From Mycobacteriales bacterium (GTDB lineage: Bacteria; Actinomycetota; Actinomycetes; Mycobacteriales; QHCE01), in contig JBBSOC010000002.1 in NCBI GenBank assembly GCA_038260095.1, positions 14,411-78,410 of the forward strand: a stretch of 64,000 nucleotides of DNA. Reading direction: 5' to 3'. Position 1 is the stretch's first letter. Every line of letters starts with the position of its first letter. Positions 45,830 to 55,490 of the stretch are shown piece by piece. A model generated the notes under the pieces. It was not told the DNA's origin and did no database searches. It saw only the letters and a list, made by a program, of their open reading frames with translations. The position numbers and the translations under genes were made by a program.

Positions 45830-48800
45830 GTGACCGTGCCTCAGATGCCTCACACTACAACCGATGCGGGTAATCGTAACGACGCTGATAGCGAACTCGC
45901 CAGCTACGCCGCGGCGACCAGCGGCAAGCTGGGGGCTTACAGCGCGCCCACAAACACTGCCGAGCTCGGCTCACACCGACGCAGCTGGGGGCCCCGCCAA
46001 CCTAAGAACAAGCTACGGTTGCGGCGGTCCATCCGAGCCAAGATGATGCTGATCCTGCTGCTGCCCATACTTGCCATCGCGCTACTAGGCGGTGGTCACA
46101 TCGTGCAACTGTGGTTGGGGGCCGCTTCAGCTGCGCAGGTGAACCAAGTTGCCGCATTAAGCGCGCGCGCCAACGAACTCGTCGGCGCGCTACAAGCCGA
46201 GCGCGCCGCGGCGGCAACGATACTTGCCGGAAACCTCACGGCTTCCGACGCTGATTTCACTACTCGGCGCAACACCACAGGTACTGCGGCGCGCAAGTTC
46301 TCTAGCTCTGCTGCTGACCTGAGCAACACGGCACTCTTTTCAGGAGCTATAACCAGAGCGCAGCGAGCGGTCGACTCCGTGACTTCGCTCGCCCGAGAGG
46401 TCGAGCATCGCAGCCTGAACAGCAGCCAAGCGGCCACGCGCTACAGCAGCGCAATCAGCGCAGTGCTGGCCGTTACCGATCGTGTGGCGCGCAGCGCCGC
46501 TACTCCTGAGCTCGCTAACCGGCTACGCAGCGCCGCCTTGTTCTCTCATTACGGCGAAGCCAGCTCGGCCGAGGGCTATCTGCTCTACACCGCCGCTGTT
46601 GGTAGCGGCTTCGACCCAGAGACTTACCGGAACTTTCTTGCAAGTTTGCGTGATCAACAGGCGTATCTAGAGCAGTTCGAACAGATTAGCAATCCAACAG
46701 ACCAACGTCTGGTAGAACAGCAACTGAACCGATCTCAGCTAAGCGGCCTAATCGCCACCCAAACAGCCGCCGTCGGCAGTGGGCCATCCGGCGAGCTAAA
46801 CATCAACTCTGACGAGTGGCTAAGTGCTGCCAGCACCAAGGCCAAAATCGTTAACACTGTGCAACGACGCCTAGCTGATCGGTTATCCGATAGCAGCTCG
46901 GCCGAGAGAATCCGGCAGCTGCTCTACATGGCTGGCGTTGCGCTGCTAACACTAGGGCTGATCGCACTCAGCGCACTGATCTCACTCCGGGTTGCCCGCT
47001 ACCTGGCGCATTCGCTAGGTGCACTACACAGCTCCGCCCTCAATGTGGCTCAGCAAAGCCTACCGGCGTTGGTCGAGCAGCTTCACGATATTGACGGCGC
47101 GCGGGGCAGCGCGCCCAGGATCGCGCAGGTGCATGCGGCAGCGATCGCGACGTTAGATCAACAGCTGACTGCTCGTGCAGGAGACGAGATAGGCGATGTG
47201 GCATGTGCGTTAAACCTGGTGCATCGCGAGACTATCGACATCGCTGTGCAACAGGCGCAGCTGCGGCTCTCAGTTGCGGCTACTTTCATTAACCTTGCGC
47301 GCCGGAGCCAGCTGCTGGTGGATCGGCTTATCGGCCTGATTGACAAACTAGAACACAGCGAGCGTAATCCCGACCGCTTGGCCGAGCTGTTTCAACTAGA
47401 CCATTTGATCACCCGCATGCGACGCAACGACGAAAACCTGTTGGTGCTCGTCGGAGCCGAGGGAGGCCGTCGATGGACGCACACAGCATCGTTGCAGGAC
47501 GTGCTGCACGCCGCTACCGCTGAGATCGAGCAATGCACCCGAGTGAAGATTGGCAACGTGGTGCCGGTTGCCGTCTGCGCCCACGCGGTGAGCGACGTCG
47601 TGCACCTGGTGGCAGAACTGGCCGAAAATGCCACTACATTTTCCCCGCCTCAGACTGACGTCATCCTGCAAACCCGCATCTCGCGCGGCGTTGTCGTCCT
47701 CGAGCTCACCGATAGAGGAATTGGCATGTCGCCCCAGCAGCTTGAGGAGCTCAACGAGCGTCTACGTTCACCGGGCGCAATGGATGCAGGCGCCTCTCGC
47801 ATGATGGGTTTGCATGTGGTAGCCAAGCTAGCGGCCCGACACGAGATAGCGGTGACTCTGAAGCCAACCAATCCTGTTGGCACCGTTGCCGCAGTGACAC
47901 TTCCAGCGACGTTACTTCAGGCCCCAGACGTTGGAGGTACAGACGTTGGAGGTACAGACGTTGGAGGTACAGACGTTGGAGGTACAGACGTTGGAGGTAC
48001 AGACGTTGGTGAGGCAAAAGTTGGTGGTACAGAAATTGGCGGGACAAGCGAAGCTGCGGAGCCACATGAAATGACAATGCCTGCGGCTGACGCATTCGAC
48101 TCGGCCGCTTGGGCCCCAGCGGAACTCTTCATCCCGCCACCGCCCAGTGCTATTCAAGAGAAAGTAGCTCCATGGAAAGTGCCCCTTGAGGACGAACAGT
48201 CCACCGAACTGGTGAGAGTGACTAGTAACGACGAACAGTCCACGCAATTTGTTTCGCCAGCTACGGTCGACGACGAACAGTCCACTGAATTTGTTTCACC
48301 AGCTACCGTTAGTCGAAGTCAGTACCACGATCATAAACATTGGCGGTACGGCGAGCTTGCCAATCACGAAACCCCGGTCGACGTCACGCTGTCAATTTTT
48401 GAATCTATCGAGTCCAAATGGTTCCGCGAAGTACCAGCCGAGAGTGAAGCTGCCTATAGAACAGCTAACCCTGAGCGGGCTGAGCAGCCGCTCAACCCAA
48501 GCTCGACAACAGCATCCGGGGTATTGGAGCAATCGATAATCACCACCAGGCCCTCTGTCAACCCTGACGTCAAACCCGCTGCTGGTGATCGTCAGTTACC
48601 CAAAGCGCCCAGTGCTACTACAACAGAAATCGCCAACGCCGCTTCACCGCTGGCTTCGGCAAATTCGCCAGTACGGGCGCGTTTTCCTATGTCTAAACTC
48701 AGCTCACCGACGGTGGGAAATTCCAGCTTGCCAACACAGATGCGGCCAGAATGGCAGTCGGCGGCCGACGTGGGATGGCAACGCGCGATCGTGGCAGTTA

Positions 48801-49048
48801 CACCCCGCGCTGGGGGTTTAACAGCGGCGGGTCTACCTAAACGTGTACCCATGGCCAACTATGTGCCGGGCAGTGTTTGGACCCCGGAGCAGATTGCTGC
48901 GGCCGGAGCGCCGCTAGAACGCTCGCCCGAAGCCATCGGCGCAGGACTTGCCCGCTACCACAGCGGTGTAGAGCACGGCCGGCAGCTAGCACGTACCGGA
49001 AATCTAGGTAGCCCCGCCACAAACAACTCCTCGGAGGAGTACATATGA
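45830..49048 (+). CDS. conservon CvnA-like sensor kinase (NIT-like sensing domain, HAMP, HATPase) with a long repetitive disordered tail
   Basis: 1072 aa with a TM segment (MMLILLLPILAIALLGG). The HATPase N-box is VAELAENATTFSP and the G1 box is LTDRGIGMS. The C-terminal roughly 400 aa are low complexity. Confidence 0.75.
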   Translation: MTVPQMPHTTTDAGNRNDADSELASYAAATSGKLGAYSAPTNTAELGSHRRSWGPRQPKNKLRLRRSIRAKMMLILLLPILAIALLGGGHIVQLWLGAASAAQVNQVAALSARANELVGALQAERAAAATILAGNLTASDADFTTRRNTTGTAARKFSSSAADLSNTALFSGAITRAQRAVDSVTSLAREVEHRSLNSSQAATRYSSAISAVLAVTDRVARSAATPELANRLRSAALFSHYGEASSAEGYLLYTAAVGSGFDPETYRNFLASLRDQQAYLEQFEQISNPTDQRLVEQQLNRSQLSGLIATQTAAVGSGPSGELNINSDEWLSAASTKAKIVNTVQRRLADRLSDSSSAERIRQLLYMAGVALLTLGLIALSALISLRVARYLAHSLGALHSSALNVAQQSLPALVEQLHDIDGARGSAPRIAQVHAAAIATLDQQLTARAGDEIGDVACALNLVHRETIDIAVQQAQLRLSVAATFINLARRSQLLVDRLIGLIDKLEHSERNPDRLAELFQLDHLITRMRRNDENLLVLVGAEGGRRWTHTASLQDVLHAATAEIEQCTRVKIGNVVPVAVCAHAVSDVVHLVAELAENATTFSPPQTDVILQTRISRGVVVLELTDRGIGMSPQQLEELNERLRSPGAMDAGASRMMGLHVVAKLAARHEIAVTLKPTNPVGTVAAVTLPATLLQAPDVGGTDVGGTDVGGTDVGGTDVGGTDVGEAKVGGTEIGGTSEAAEPHEMTMPAADAFDSAAWAPAELFIPPPPSAIQEKVAPWKVPLEDEQSTELVRVTSNDEQSTQFVSPATVDDEQSTEFVSPATVSRSQYHDHKHWRYGELANHETPVDVTLSIFESIESKWFREVPAESEAAYRTANPERAEQPLNPSSTTASGVLEQSIITTRPSVNPDVKPAAGDRQLPKAPSATTTEIANAASPLASANSPVRARFPMSKLSSPTVGNSSLPTQMRPEWQSAADVGWQRAIVAVTPRAGGLTAAGLPKRVPMANYVPGSVWTPEQIAAAGAPLERSPEAIGAGLARYHSGVEHGRQLARTGNLGSPATNNSSEEYI
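47927..48046. repeat. 15-bp in-frame tandem repeat (DVGGT)n inside the CvnA-like gene
   Basis: gacgttggaggtaca occurs as 5 perfect copies (47927-48001), followed by 3 degenerate units (48002-48046). It encodes DVGGTDVGGTDVGGTDVGGTDVGGTDVGEAKVGGTEIGGT. Confidence 0.95.
48191..48313. repeat. three imperfect tandem units of about 39-42 bp (DEQST..FVSPATV) in the same gene
   Basis: Units start at 48191, 48230 and 48272. They encode DEQSTELVRVTSN, DEQSTQFVSPATVD and DEQSTEFVSPATVS. Confidence 0.85.
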
Positions 49049-49473
49049 GCGCACCCATTACCCAGCCGTTACCCGGAGGCAACGGCTCCGATGTCAGTTG
49101 GTTAATCGAAAATTTTGTACAGCAGGTTCCCGGCATTGCGCATTCGGTTGTTGCCTCCGCCGACGGCCTCCTCATGGCCTCATCAGCGGCACTGCCGAGG
49201 GATCGAGCCGACCAGTTAGCTGCTATCGCCACTGGGGTGGCAAGTCTCACTCAGGGTGCGGCAACGGTATTTGAGGGTGGCAGAGTCAGCCAAACCGTTG
49301 TGGAGATGGAAAGTGGGTTCCTGATTGTCATGGCAGCTAGCGGCGGTTCATGTCTGGCGGCTTTAGCGTCGCAAAGTTGCGACATAGGCCAGGTTGGTTA
49401 TGAGATGGCACTTTTGGTAGAGCGTGTCGGCGAGGTGCTCACCCCGCAGTTGCGCGCGCAAGCCGGTGCCTGA
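49045..49473 (+). CDS. roadblock/LC7-domain protein (CvnB-like)
   Basis: 142 aa: VSWLIENFVQQVPGIAHSVVASADGLLMA...GFLIVMAASGGSCLAALAS. ATGA overlap with the kinase gene. Confidence 0.8.
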   Translation: MSAPITQPLPGGNGSDVSWLIENFVQQVPGIAHSVVASADGLLMASSAALPRDRADQLAAIATGVASLTQGAATVFEGGRVSQTVVEMESGFLIVMAASGGSCLAALASQSCDIGQVGYEMALLVERVGEVLTPQLRAQAGA

Positions 49474-49515
49474 AGTGCCAAGTACCGCTTCCCCATACGG
49501 CTCGCGGCAGGACTG

Positions 49516-50280
49516 GTGACAGTGCGTTCGTCGATGAACATCGACGGTAGAATCGACACTTATTCTGTTGGAGAGTGCTCAGTGGAATCCGAAAGCTTTA
49601 GCTCAGACGCCTTTGATGCGCCTATCAGCAGCACGACAGCTGTCGGTACATCCGATGCGGCCAAAATCGTGATTGCTGGCGGCTTTGGCGCGGGCAAAAC
49701 CACTTTCGTGGGTGCGATTTCAGAGATCCGACCTCTCACCACCGAGGGTCCGATGACAGCAGTAGCCAGTGGCGCCGATGACTCTGCAGCCACTCCAAAC
49801 AAACACTTCACCACCGTGGCACTGGATTTTGGGCGGGTCACGCTAGACTCCGATGTTGTACTGTACTTGTTCGGCACGCCCGGCCAGTTTCGATTTTGGT
49901 TCATGTGGGATCAGCTCGCGCGTAACGCGTTCGGGGGCATCGTAATACTCGACACCCGCCGACTGGCTAATTGCTTCGCTGCGATTGACTTCTTCGAAAA
50001 TAAAAATCTGCCGTACGTTGTCGCTATAAATTCCTTCGACAGTGTTCGATCACATAGAACAGATGAGGTGCGTGAGGCACTCACCATTGGTCCAAATGTT
50101 CCAGTGCTGAACTGCGATGCGCGGGATCGCGGCTCGGTGAAAGCAGTCCTTAATGCGTTGGTCGAGCACGTACTGCGGCTTCATAGCGGCGCACGCGTTG
50201 GAGCTTTGCGCGACCACACACTCGACGGAGCCGCCCACGTAGAGCGTCCACGTGCACCCCAACGCTGGTCAACGGCATGA
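49516..50280 (+). CDS. small Ras-like GTPase (CvnD-like) with an N-terminal extension of about 45 aa
   Basis: P-loop KIVIAGGFGAGKTTFVGAISE; switch II and the following region LFGTPGQFRFWFMWD; VAINSFD in place of NKxD. The start is uncertain. Confidence 0.8.
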   Translation: MTVRSSMNIDGRIDTYSVGECSVESESFSSDAFDAPISSTTAVGTSDAAKIVIAGGFGAGKTTFVGAISEIRPLTTEGPMTAVASGADDSAATPNKHFTTVALDFGRVTLDSDVVLYLFGTPGQFRFWFMWDQLARNAFGGIVILDTRRLANCFAAIDFFENKNLPYVVAINSFDSVRSHRTDEVREALTIGPNVPVLNCDARDRGSVKAVLNALVEHVLRLHSGARVGALRDHTLDGAAHVERPRAPQRWSTA

Positions 50281-50374
50281 ACTCTTATCAATACCTCGAT
50301 CCTTCATGGCTGCGGAGCAGTATTCACTGAACGTAGCCCCTGAGACGCCGTGCTTTCTAGACGGCCGGGGGCCG

Positions 50375-51544
50375 CTAAACGAAGTGCCGAACGGTGTCCC
50401 AACCAGGGTCGGAAGTCCAGACAACGTGTATGGGGCGCTGCTGTTGCTTACTCCACACCTCTACCTGGTCAGGTACCACGCCTTGGGCATAGGTGTAAAA
50501 ATGCAACGTCATGCGATCAGGCAACATGGCTGAAGCCACCAGTACCGCCGAAGCTCCCAACAGCGCTACCAACCCCCGGGTCAGACCCTCCAGCTCGATC
50601 AGCTCGCCAGTATCGGGTTCAACTGGTACGAATGGATCGCCTGAGTCAGCGACGCTCGCGGACTGCTGGTACGGAAATTCAATCGTGCCGAGAAAATCAA
50701 ACAGCGGATAGTCCAGCCGAGGCAGCGGAACCCGAACGTGAAGCCGAGCGCTACGGCCCTGCTCATCCACGCCTTCTAGCTGCGCCCAATGGACACCGTT
50801 GAACTCTTTAGCCAACGCCGCCACTGCGCCGCGTAGACCTGCCCCGTCGAGATCCTGCATAGCGTCACTGAAACGCACCTCGCCAATCCAGCGCTCGGTG
50901 TCATCCTCGCCGAGAATCCAATCAAGCAGCAAGAATGCTAACCGCAGCCGCTCGGCGTCCTCTAAATACGGCAGCGCAGCATGTGACACCGCGACGTGCA
51001 GGCGCCCACGGTCGGGGTCGACTTCAACGCCGAATCGTGCTTGCTGGGGGGAGATGGACCGATTGCCCCAAACGATCTCGCGACGCAGCGCGCCAGGGTT
51101 GGGCGGTCGAGCTGAGTAATACTCCCAGAATTCGTCATCGCCAGGTCCCGCCCGACGCCAACGCTCAGTAAGCGGACGCAGCTCCGGGGAACCCTCTGAG
51201 GTAAGCACTAAAGCGTGGCGGGCCAAAATTCCGTCCAGCAGCTCCCAGGTCAGATCGGGATGGATTGCGGCGAGTTTCTCCGAAAGCGCGCGCACCATTC
51301 GATTCGACAACGCGCGGCGACCACGTTTCGTACCATCGGCAGCAACGTTCGCTCCCTCGGTTTGAGCATCCTCGGTCGATAGCCCCTCGGCGATTTGCCC
51401 ACACACACTTGGCCACCAAGCCCAAAACTCCTTGACCGCGGCCTCGGGGTCCCGTCGCCATCGCGCGAAGTTCACCACACGGTCGAGTCTGACGTATGAC
51501 TGGCTCAGGTACCACACCAGGATCCTGGTCGAAACATCAAACAC
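50375..51544 (-). CDS. hypothetical protein (the C-terminal third is weakly DUF695/RraB-like)
   Basis: 389-aa ORF whose GTG lies 3 nt after the clpB TGA. The C-terminus, ...MTLHFYTYAQG...VVWTSDPGWDTVRHF, recalls DUF695-type domains (from memory only). Confidence 0.45.
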   Translation of the reverse strand: MFDVSTRILVWYLSQSYVRLDRVVNFARWRRDPEAAVKEFWAWWPSVCGQIAEGLSTEDAQTEGANVAADGTKRGRRALSNRMVRALSEKLAAIHPDLTWELLDGILARHALVLTSEGSPELRPLTERWRRAGPGDDEFWEYYSARPPNPGALRREIVWGNRSISPQQARFGVEVDPDRGRLHVAVSHAALPYLEDAERLRLAFLLLDWILGEDDTERWIGEVRFSDAMQDLDGAGLRGAVAALAKEFNGVHWAQLEGVDEQGRSARLHVRVPLPRLDYPLFDFLGTIEFPYQQSASVADSGDPFVPVEPDTGELIELEGLTRGLVALLGASAVLVASAMLPDRMTLHFYTYAQGVVPDQVEVWSKQQQRPIHVVWTSDPGWDTVRHFV

Positions 51545-51547
51545 CCG

Positions 51548-54160
51548 TCACGTTCTATCCGCACGGCGGACCGTAAGCAGCAGAGGGTCGTCGCCGACAT
51601 CAACTAGTACTTCATCACCGTCGCGAATATTTCCTGCCAGCAGCTCGCGTGCCAGTGGGTCCCCAATCGCCGATTGCACCAGGCGTCGCAGCGGCCGAGC
51701 CCCGTATGTAGGGTCGTACCCGTTGATCGCCAGCCATTCCCGAGCCGCTGGACTTACACGCAGCGCGAGCCGTCGCTGAGCGAGCCGCCGAGTCAACCCA
51801 GCGACCGCGATATCAACAATCCGTTCCAGTTGTTGCCCGCTCAGTTTGTTGAAGATGACGATGTCATCGAGCCGGTTCAAAAACTCCGGCTTGAAGTGCG
51901 CCCGCACCACTGACATCACGGTCTCCTTCTGTGCTCGACGCACAGCCGTCTCATCGGCGTCGACGAAGTCGTCGGCGAAGGCGGCGGAAGCGAGGTTGGA
52001 GGTGAGGATCACTATGGTGTTGCGAAAGTCGACGGTGCGTCCCTGACCATCAGTGAGCCGGCCGTCATCTAGGACCTGCAGCAACACGTCGAAAGTGTCG
52101 GGGTGGGCTTTTTCCACCTCGTCGAGCAGCACGACACTGTAGGGCCGGCGACGCACAAGCTCAGTGAGCTGGCCGCCCTCTTCGTATCCCACGTATCCAG
52201 GCGGCGCCCCGACCAAGCGTGCAACTGAATGCTTCTCGCTGTACTCGCTCATGTCGATACGGAGCATGGCACGCTCGTCATCGAACAGGAACTCCGCAAG
52301 CGTTTTAGCCAGCTCGGTCTTTCCCACCCCGGTAGGACCGAGGAACAGGAACGACCCAACAGGGCGATCGGGATCGGCCACGCCAGAACGAGCTCGACGT
52401 ACCGCATCGGCTACCGCGATTACGGCTTCAGGTTGCCCGACCACCCGTTTTTCCAGCTCGGCCTCCATCCGCAGCAGTTTCGCGGTCTCACCTTCCATCA
52501 ATCGTCCAGCCGGAATACCGGTCCAGGAAGCGACCACGTCCGCTACATCCTCGGGGCCGACCTCTTCTTTGACCATCGGTTCGAGGGACTCGGCGGCCGC
52601 TACAGCACCGGCCAGCTCTTTTTCCAAGGTGGGAATTGCGCCGTACAGCAGCTCAGAAGCCCGTTCAAGGTCATCTTCACGTTGCGCCCGCTCAGCCTGA
52701 ATGCGCAGCTCGTCGAGTTCTTTCTTTACCTCGCCCACGCGGTTTAGGCCAGTTTTTTCGCGCTCCCAACGCGAGTTCAATACGGTGAGCTTTTCGCCTA
52801 CGTCGGCGAGCTCCCGACGTAACGCGCCAAGCCGTTCCTTGCTGGCTGGATCACTTTCCTTTGCCAAGGCCAGCTCTTCCATCCGAAGACGATCAACCGC
52901 GCGCTGCAGCTCGTCGACTTCTACCGGTCGGGAGTCGATCTCCATGCGTTGGCTAGAGGCCGCTTCATCCATCAAATCTATGGCTTTGTCCGGCAGGAAA
53001 CGCTGAGTGAGATAGCGATCAGACAGTGTCGCGGCCGCCACCAGGGCAGCATCGGAAATACGCACACCATGGTGAGCTTCATACCGTTCTTTGAGTCCAC
53101 GCAGGATCGCGATGGTGTCTTCCACGCTCGGCTCACCCACAAAGACTTGTTGGAACCGGCGCTCCAGCGCGGCATCTTTTTCAATCCGCTCACGGTACTC
53201 ATCCAAGGTAGTGGCGCCAACCATCCGAAGCTCACCTCGAGCCAGCATGGGCTTAAGTAGATTGCCGGCGTCCATGCTGGACTCTCCAGTCGCACCAGCC
53301 CCGACCAAAGTGTGCAGCTCATCGATGAATGTCACGATTTGACCGTTGGAGGCTTTGATCTCATTGAGTACCGAGGTGAGACGCTCCTCAAACTCACCGC
53401 GGTACTTGGCTCCGGCCACCATGGCACCCAGGTCCAACGCGACTAACCGCTTGTTACGCAGCGATTCAGGTACGTCGCCGGCGGCAATGCGCTGCGCCAA
53501 GCCCTCCACTACCGCGGTCTTGCCTACGCCGGGTTCACCAATGAGCACTGGGTTGTTCTTGGTTCGCCGAGAAAGTACTTGAATGACCCGGCGGATCTCA
53601 ACGTCCCGACCGATCACGGGGTCGAGCTTTCCATCTCGAGCCTGTTCGGTGAGATCAAGACCATATTTCTTTAGCGCCTGGTATGTACTTTCGGGATCGG
53701 CAGAAGTGACACGAGCGTTGCTACCCCGAATAGTAGAAAAAGCATCAACCAGTGCGTCTGAGCTTGCGCCCACAGCGCGTAGCCACTCTGCGACCGGCCC
53801 ACCAGCCCTAGCTAATCCAGCGAGGAGATGCTCGGTGGAGACGTATTCGTCTCCGAGCGGGCGAGCCACCTGCTCAGCCGCCACAAATGTGTTGTCCAGC
53901 GCCCGAGACAACTGCGGCTGCGCCACTGTGTCACCGGCTACCCGCGGCAGCTGGTCGAGCCAGCGTTGTGCACGCTCACGCAGCGTTGCGGGTTCGGCGC
54001 CAATAGCCCGCAGCAGGTCAGCGGCGGTGCTACCTCCGGTGTCGAGTAACGCCACTAGTAAGTGCGCTGGTTCCACGGTGGCATGGTTAGCTCCGGTAGC
54101 CGAGGCTATCGCTGCCTTAGCTACATCGCGACTCTTCGTGGTAAGAAGCTCTGGATTCAT
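51548..54160 (-). CDS. clpB: ATP-dependent chaperone ClpB
   Basis: 870 aa with two AAA+ modules ([15 protein letters not shown] and [15 protein letters not shown]) and a coiled-coil middle domain. Confidence 0.97.
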   Translation of the reverse strand: MNPELLTTKSRDVAKAAIASATGANHATVEPAHLLVALLDTGGSTAADLLRAIGAEPATLRERAQRWLDQLPRVAGDTVAQPQLSRALDNTFVAAEQVARPLGDEYVSTEHLLAGLARAGGPVAEWLRAVGASSDALVDAFSTIRGSNARVTSADPESTYQALKKYGLDLTEQARDGKLDPVIGRDVEIRRVIQVLSRRTKNNPVLIGEPGVGKTAVVEGLAQRIAAGDVPESLRNKRLVALDLGAMVAGAKYRGEFEERLTSVLNEIKASNGQIVTFIDELHTLVGAGATGESSMDAGNLLKPMLARGELRMVGATTLDEYRERIEKDAALERRFQQVFVGEPSVEDTIAILRGLKERYEAHHGVRISDAALVAAATLSDRYLTQRFLPDKAIDLMDEAASSQRMEIDSRPVEVDELQRAVDRLRMEELALAKESDPASKERLGALRRELADVGEKLTVLNSRWEREKTGLNRVGEVKKELDELRIQAERAQREDDLERASELLYGAIPTLEKELAGAVAAAESLEPMVKEEVGPEDVADVVASWTGIPAGRLMEGETAKLLRMEAELEKRVVGQPEAVIAVADAVRRARSGVADPDRPVGSFLFLGPTGVGKTELAKTLAEFLFDDERAMLRIDMSEYSEKHSVARLVGAPPGYVGYEEGGQLTELVRRRPYSVVLLDEVEKAHPDTFDVLLQVLDDGRLTDGQGRTVDFRNTIVILTSNLASAAFADDFVDADETAVRRAQKETVMSVVRAHFKPEFLNRLDDIVIFNKLSGQQLERIVDIAVAGLTRRLAQRRLALRVSPAAREWLAINGYDPTYGARPLRRLVQSAIGDPLARELLAGNIRDGDEVLVDVGDDPLLLTVRRADRT

Positions 54161-54163
54161 ATA

Positions 54164-54184
54164 CTTGAGTCTACCTCGCTCAAC
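54164..54184. promoter_or_regulatory. HAIR-like HspR operator abutting the clpB start codon
   Basis: On the clpB strand it reads GTTGAGC-GAGGTAG-ACTCAAG, against the HAIR consensus CTTGAGT-N7-ACTCAAG (5/7 and 7/7). It ends 3 nt before the ATG. Confidence 0.45.
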
Positions 54185-54278
54185 CTGGCCGGCTCTGCAT
54201 GCTGTGTGGTGCGCCTACCCTATGGCTATTCTTCCCAATTCAGCTGCACAGATTTGGCAGATGCGATAAATTCGCCCC

Positions 54279-55025
54279 ATGTCTATGCCGCCCTCCGGAT
54301 ATCCCCCCTACGGTAACCCGGAGCAGCCACCCGGCTTTCCCCAGCAGCAGCACCCTCAACAGCAACATCCTCCACAGTCATACCCTCCGTCACAGGGGTA
54401 TACGCAGCAGTCGGCCCATCCTCCTGCTGGATATCCGCAACCGATGGCCTCCGGTTATCCCCCGCCGGTTCGACCATCAGAAGTCACACCTAGCCGCTGG
54501 TGGTACGCAGCAGCCGCGCTGGTCGCGGTCGTCAGCACCGTGGCCGGTATTGTGCTGGGAATTGTCGGGCTGGCGACAAACGCCCCTGATTTCAGCTCCA
54601 CCTTTGCATCCAACGAAACCCGAACATTCTCGCTGAGCGCCGGAGACACAGCCGCGCTATACGCGGGTCAGACCGACGATAGCTCCTACCTTGGTCTTGA
54701 GTGCAGCCCCAGCAGTGATATCAAGCTCACTAAACCTGACTCTGCCTTCCATTTCAGTAAAGACGGCAAGGACTGGCGCCGTGTCTTCACAATTGAGGCT
54801 CGCAGCAGCGGCGAACACCAAATCCTATGTACGTCCAAGAAAGACCTCACACTCGCTATTGGTCATGAGCCGAACACGGGTGTTTTAGCCGGCAGCTTTA
54901 TCGTGCTGCTGGGCGCGCCGTGCCTGGGCATAGTGGTCGGTATCGTGATCGCAATTATTGTTGCGGTTAAGCGAAAATCGAACCGAGAACGCCTTCAACG
55001 AGAACGTGGGCAGCGGTTTCCGTAG
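54279..55025 (+). CDS. P/Q-rich N-terminus, two-TM membrane protein
   Basis: 248 aa beginning MSMPPSGYPPYGNPEQPPGFPQQQHPQQQHPPQSYPP..., with two hydrophobic segments. Confidence 0.55.
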   Translation: MSMPPSGYPPYGNPEQPPGFPQQQHPQQQHPPQSYPPSQGYTQQSAHPPAGYPQPMASGYPPPVRPSEVTPSRWWYAAAALVAVVSTVAGIVLGIVGLATNAPDFSSTFASNETRTFSLSAGDTAALYAGQTDDSSYLGLECSPSSDIKLTKPDSAFHFSKDGKDWRRVFTIEARSSGEHQILCTSKKDLTLAIGHEPNTGVLAGSFIVLLGAPCLGIVVGIVIAIIVAVKRKSNRERLQRERGQRFP

Positions 55026-55076
55026 CGGGTAAATGCCGTGGCCGAGGCAGCCACTTAGGATCCACCGGTCGCATGC

Positions 55077-55490
55077 TCAGCGAGGCTGTGGCCGCCATAC
55101 CACCAGCGCTGTACGGTTCAAGCGATCGTGCGCGTGCTCTAACTCGACTAGCAGCGCGGCTCTGTGCTCACGCAACTGGCCCACTTCTTGTTCCAGTTCC
55201 ATGATGCGTTTGATACCTGCTAAATTGACGCCTTCGTCATGGGAAAGCCGGGCAATTTCGCGAAGCAACACGACATCGCGTGCGCTATAGCGGCGCCCGC
55301 CGCCTGGAGAGCGACCCGGCTGCACCAAACCAAGCCGGTCATATTGCCGCAATGTCTGCGGATGCATGCCGGCAAGCTCGGCCGCAATGGAGATCACGAA
55401 CACTGGGCCGTCGAATGAACCACTCCCCAGCAGGTGCTCGGCGGTTGAGCCAAGGTCGCTGATGCCGCTACCAAAAACCTCGTCACCCAT
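55077..55490 (-). CDS. hspR: heat-shock repressor HspR (MerR family)
   Basis: The start ATG at 55490 lies inside the end of dnaJ. The HTH is [28 protein letters not shown]. It is the last gene of the dnaK operon. Confidence 0.9.
   Translation of the reverse strand: MGDEVFGSGISDLGSTAEHLLGSGSFDGPVFVISIAAELAGMHPQTLRQYDRLGLVQPGRSPGGGRRYSARDVVLLREIARLSHDEGVNLAGIKRIMELEQEVGQLREHRAALLVELEHAHDRLNRTALVVWRPQPR

Noticed and set aside
47927-48046. Regularly spaced 15-bp repeats, considered as a possible CRISPR array.
   Set aside because: The repeats are contiguous with no spacers. They are in-frame inside a kinase gene, encode (DVGGT)n, and no cas genes are nearby.
49474-49660. Search for a degraded DUF742 (cvnC) remnant between the roadblock and GTPase genes.
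   Set aside because: No RPYxxTGGR-like or HTH-like peptide was seen in any of the three forward frames, and the available space is far shorter than a DUF742 gene. Absence is reported as a finding, not as a pseudogene call.
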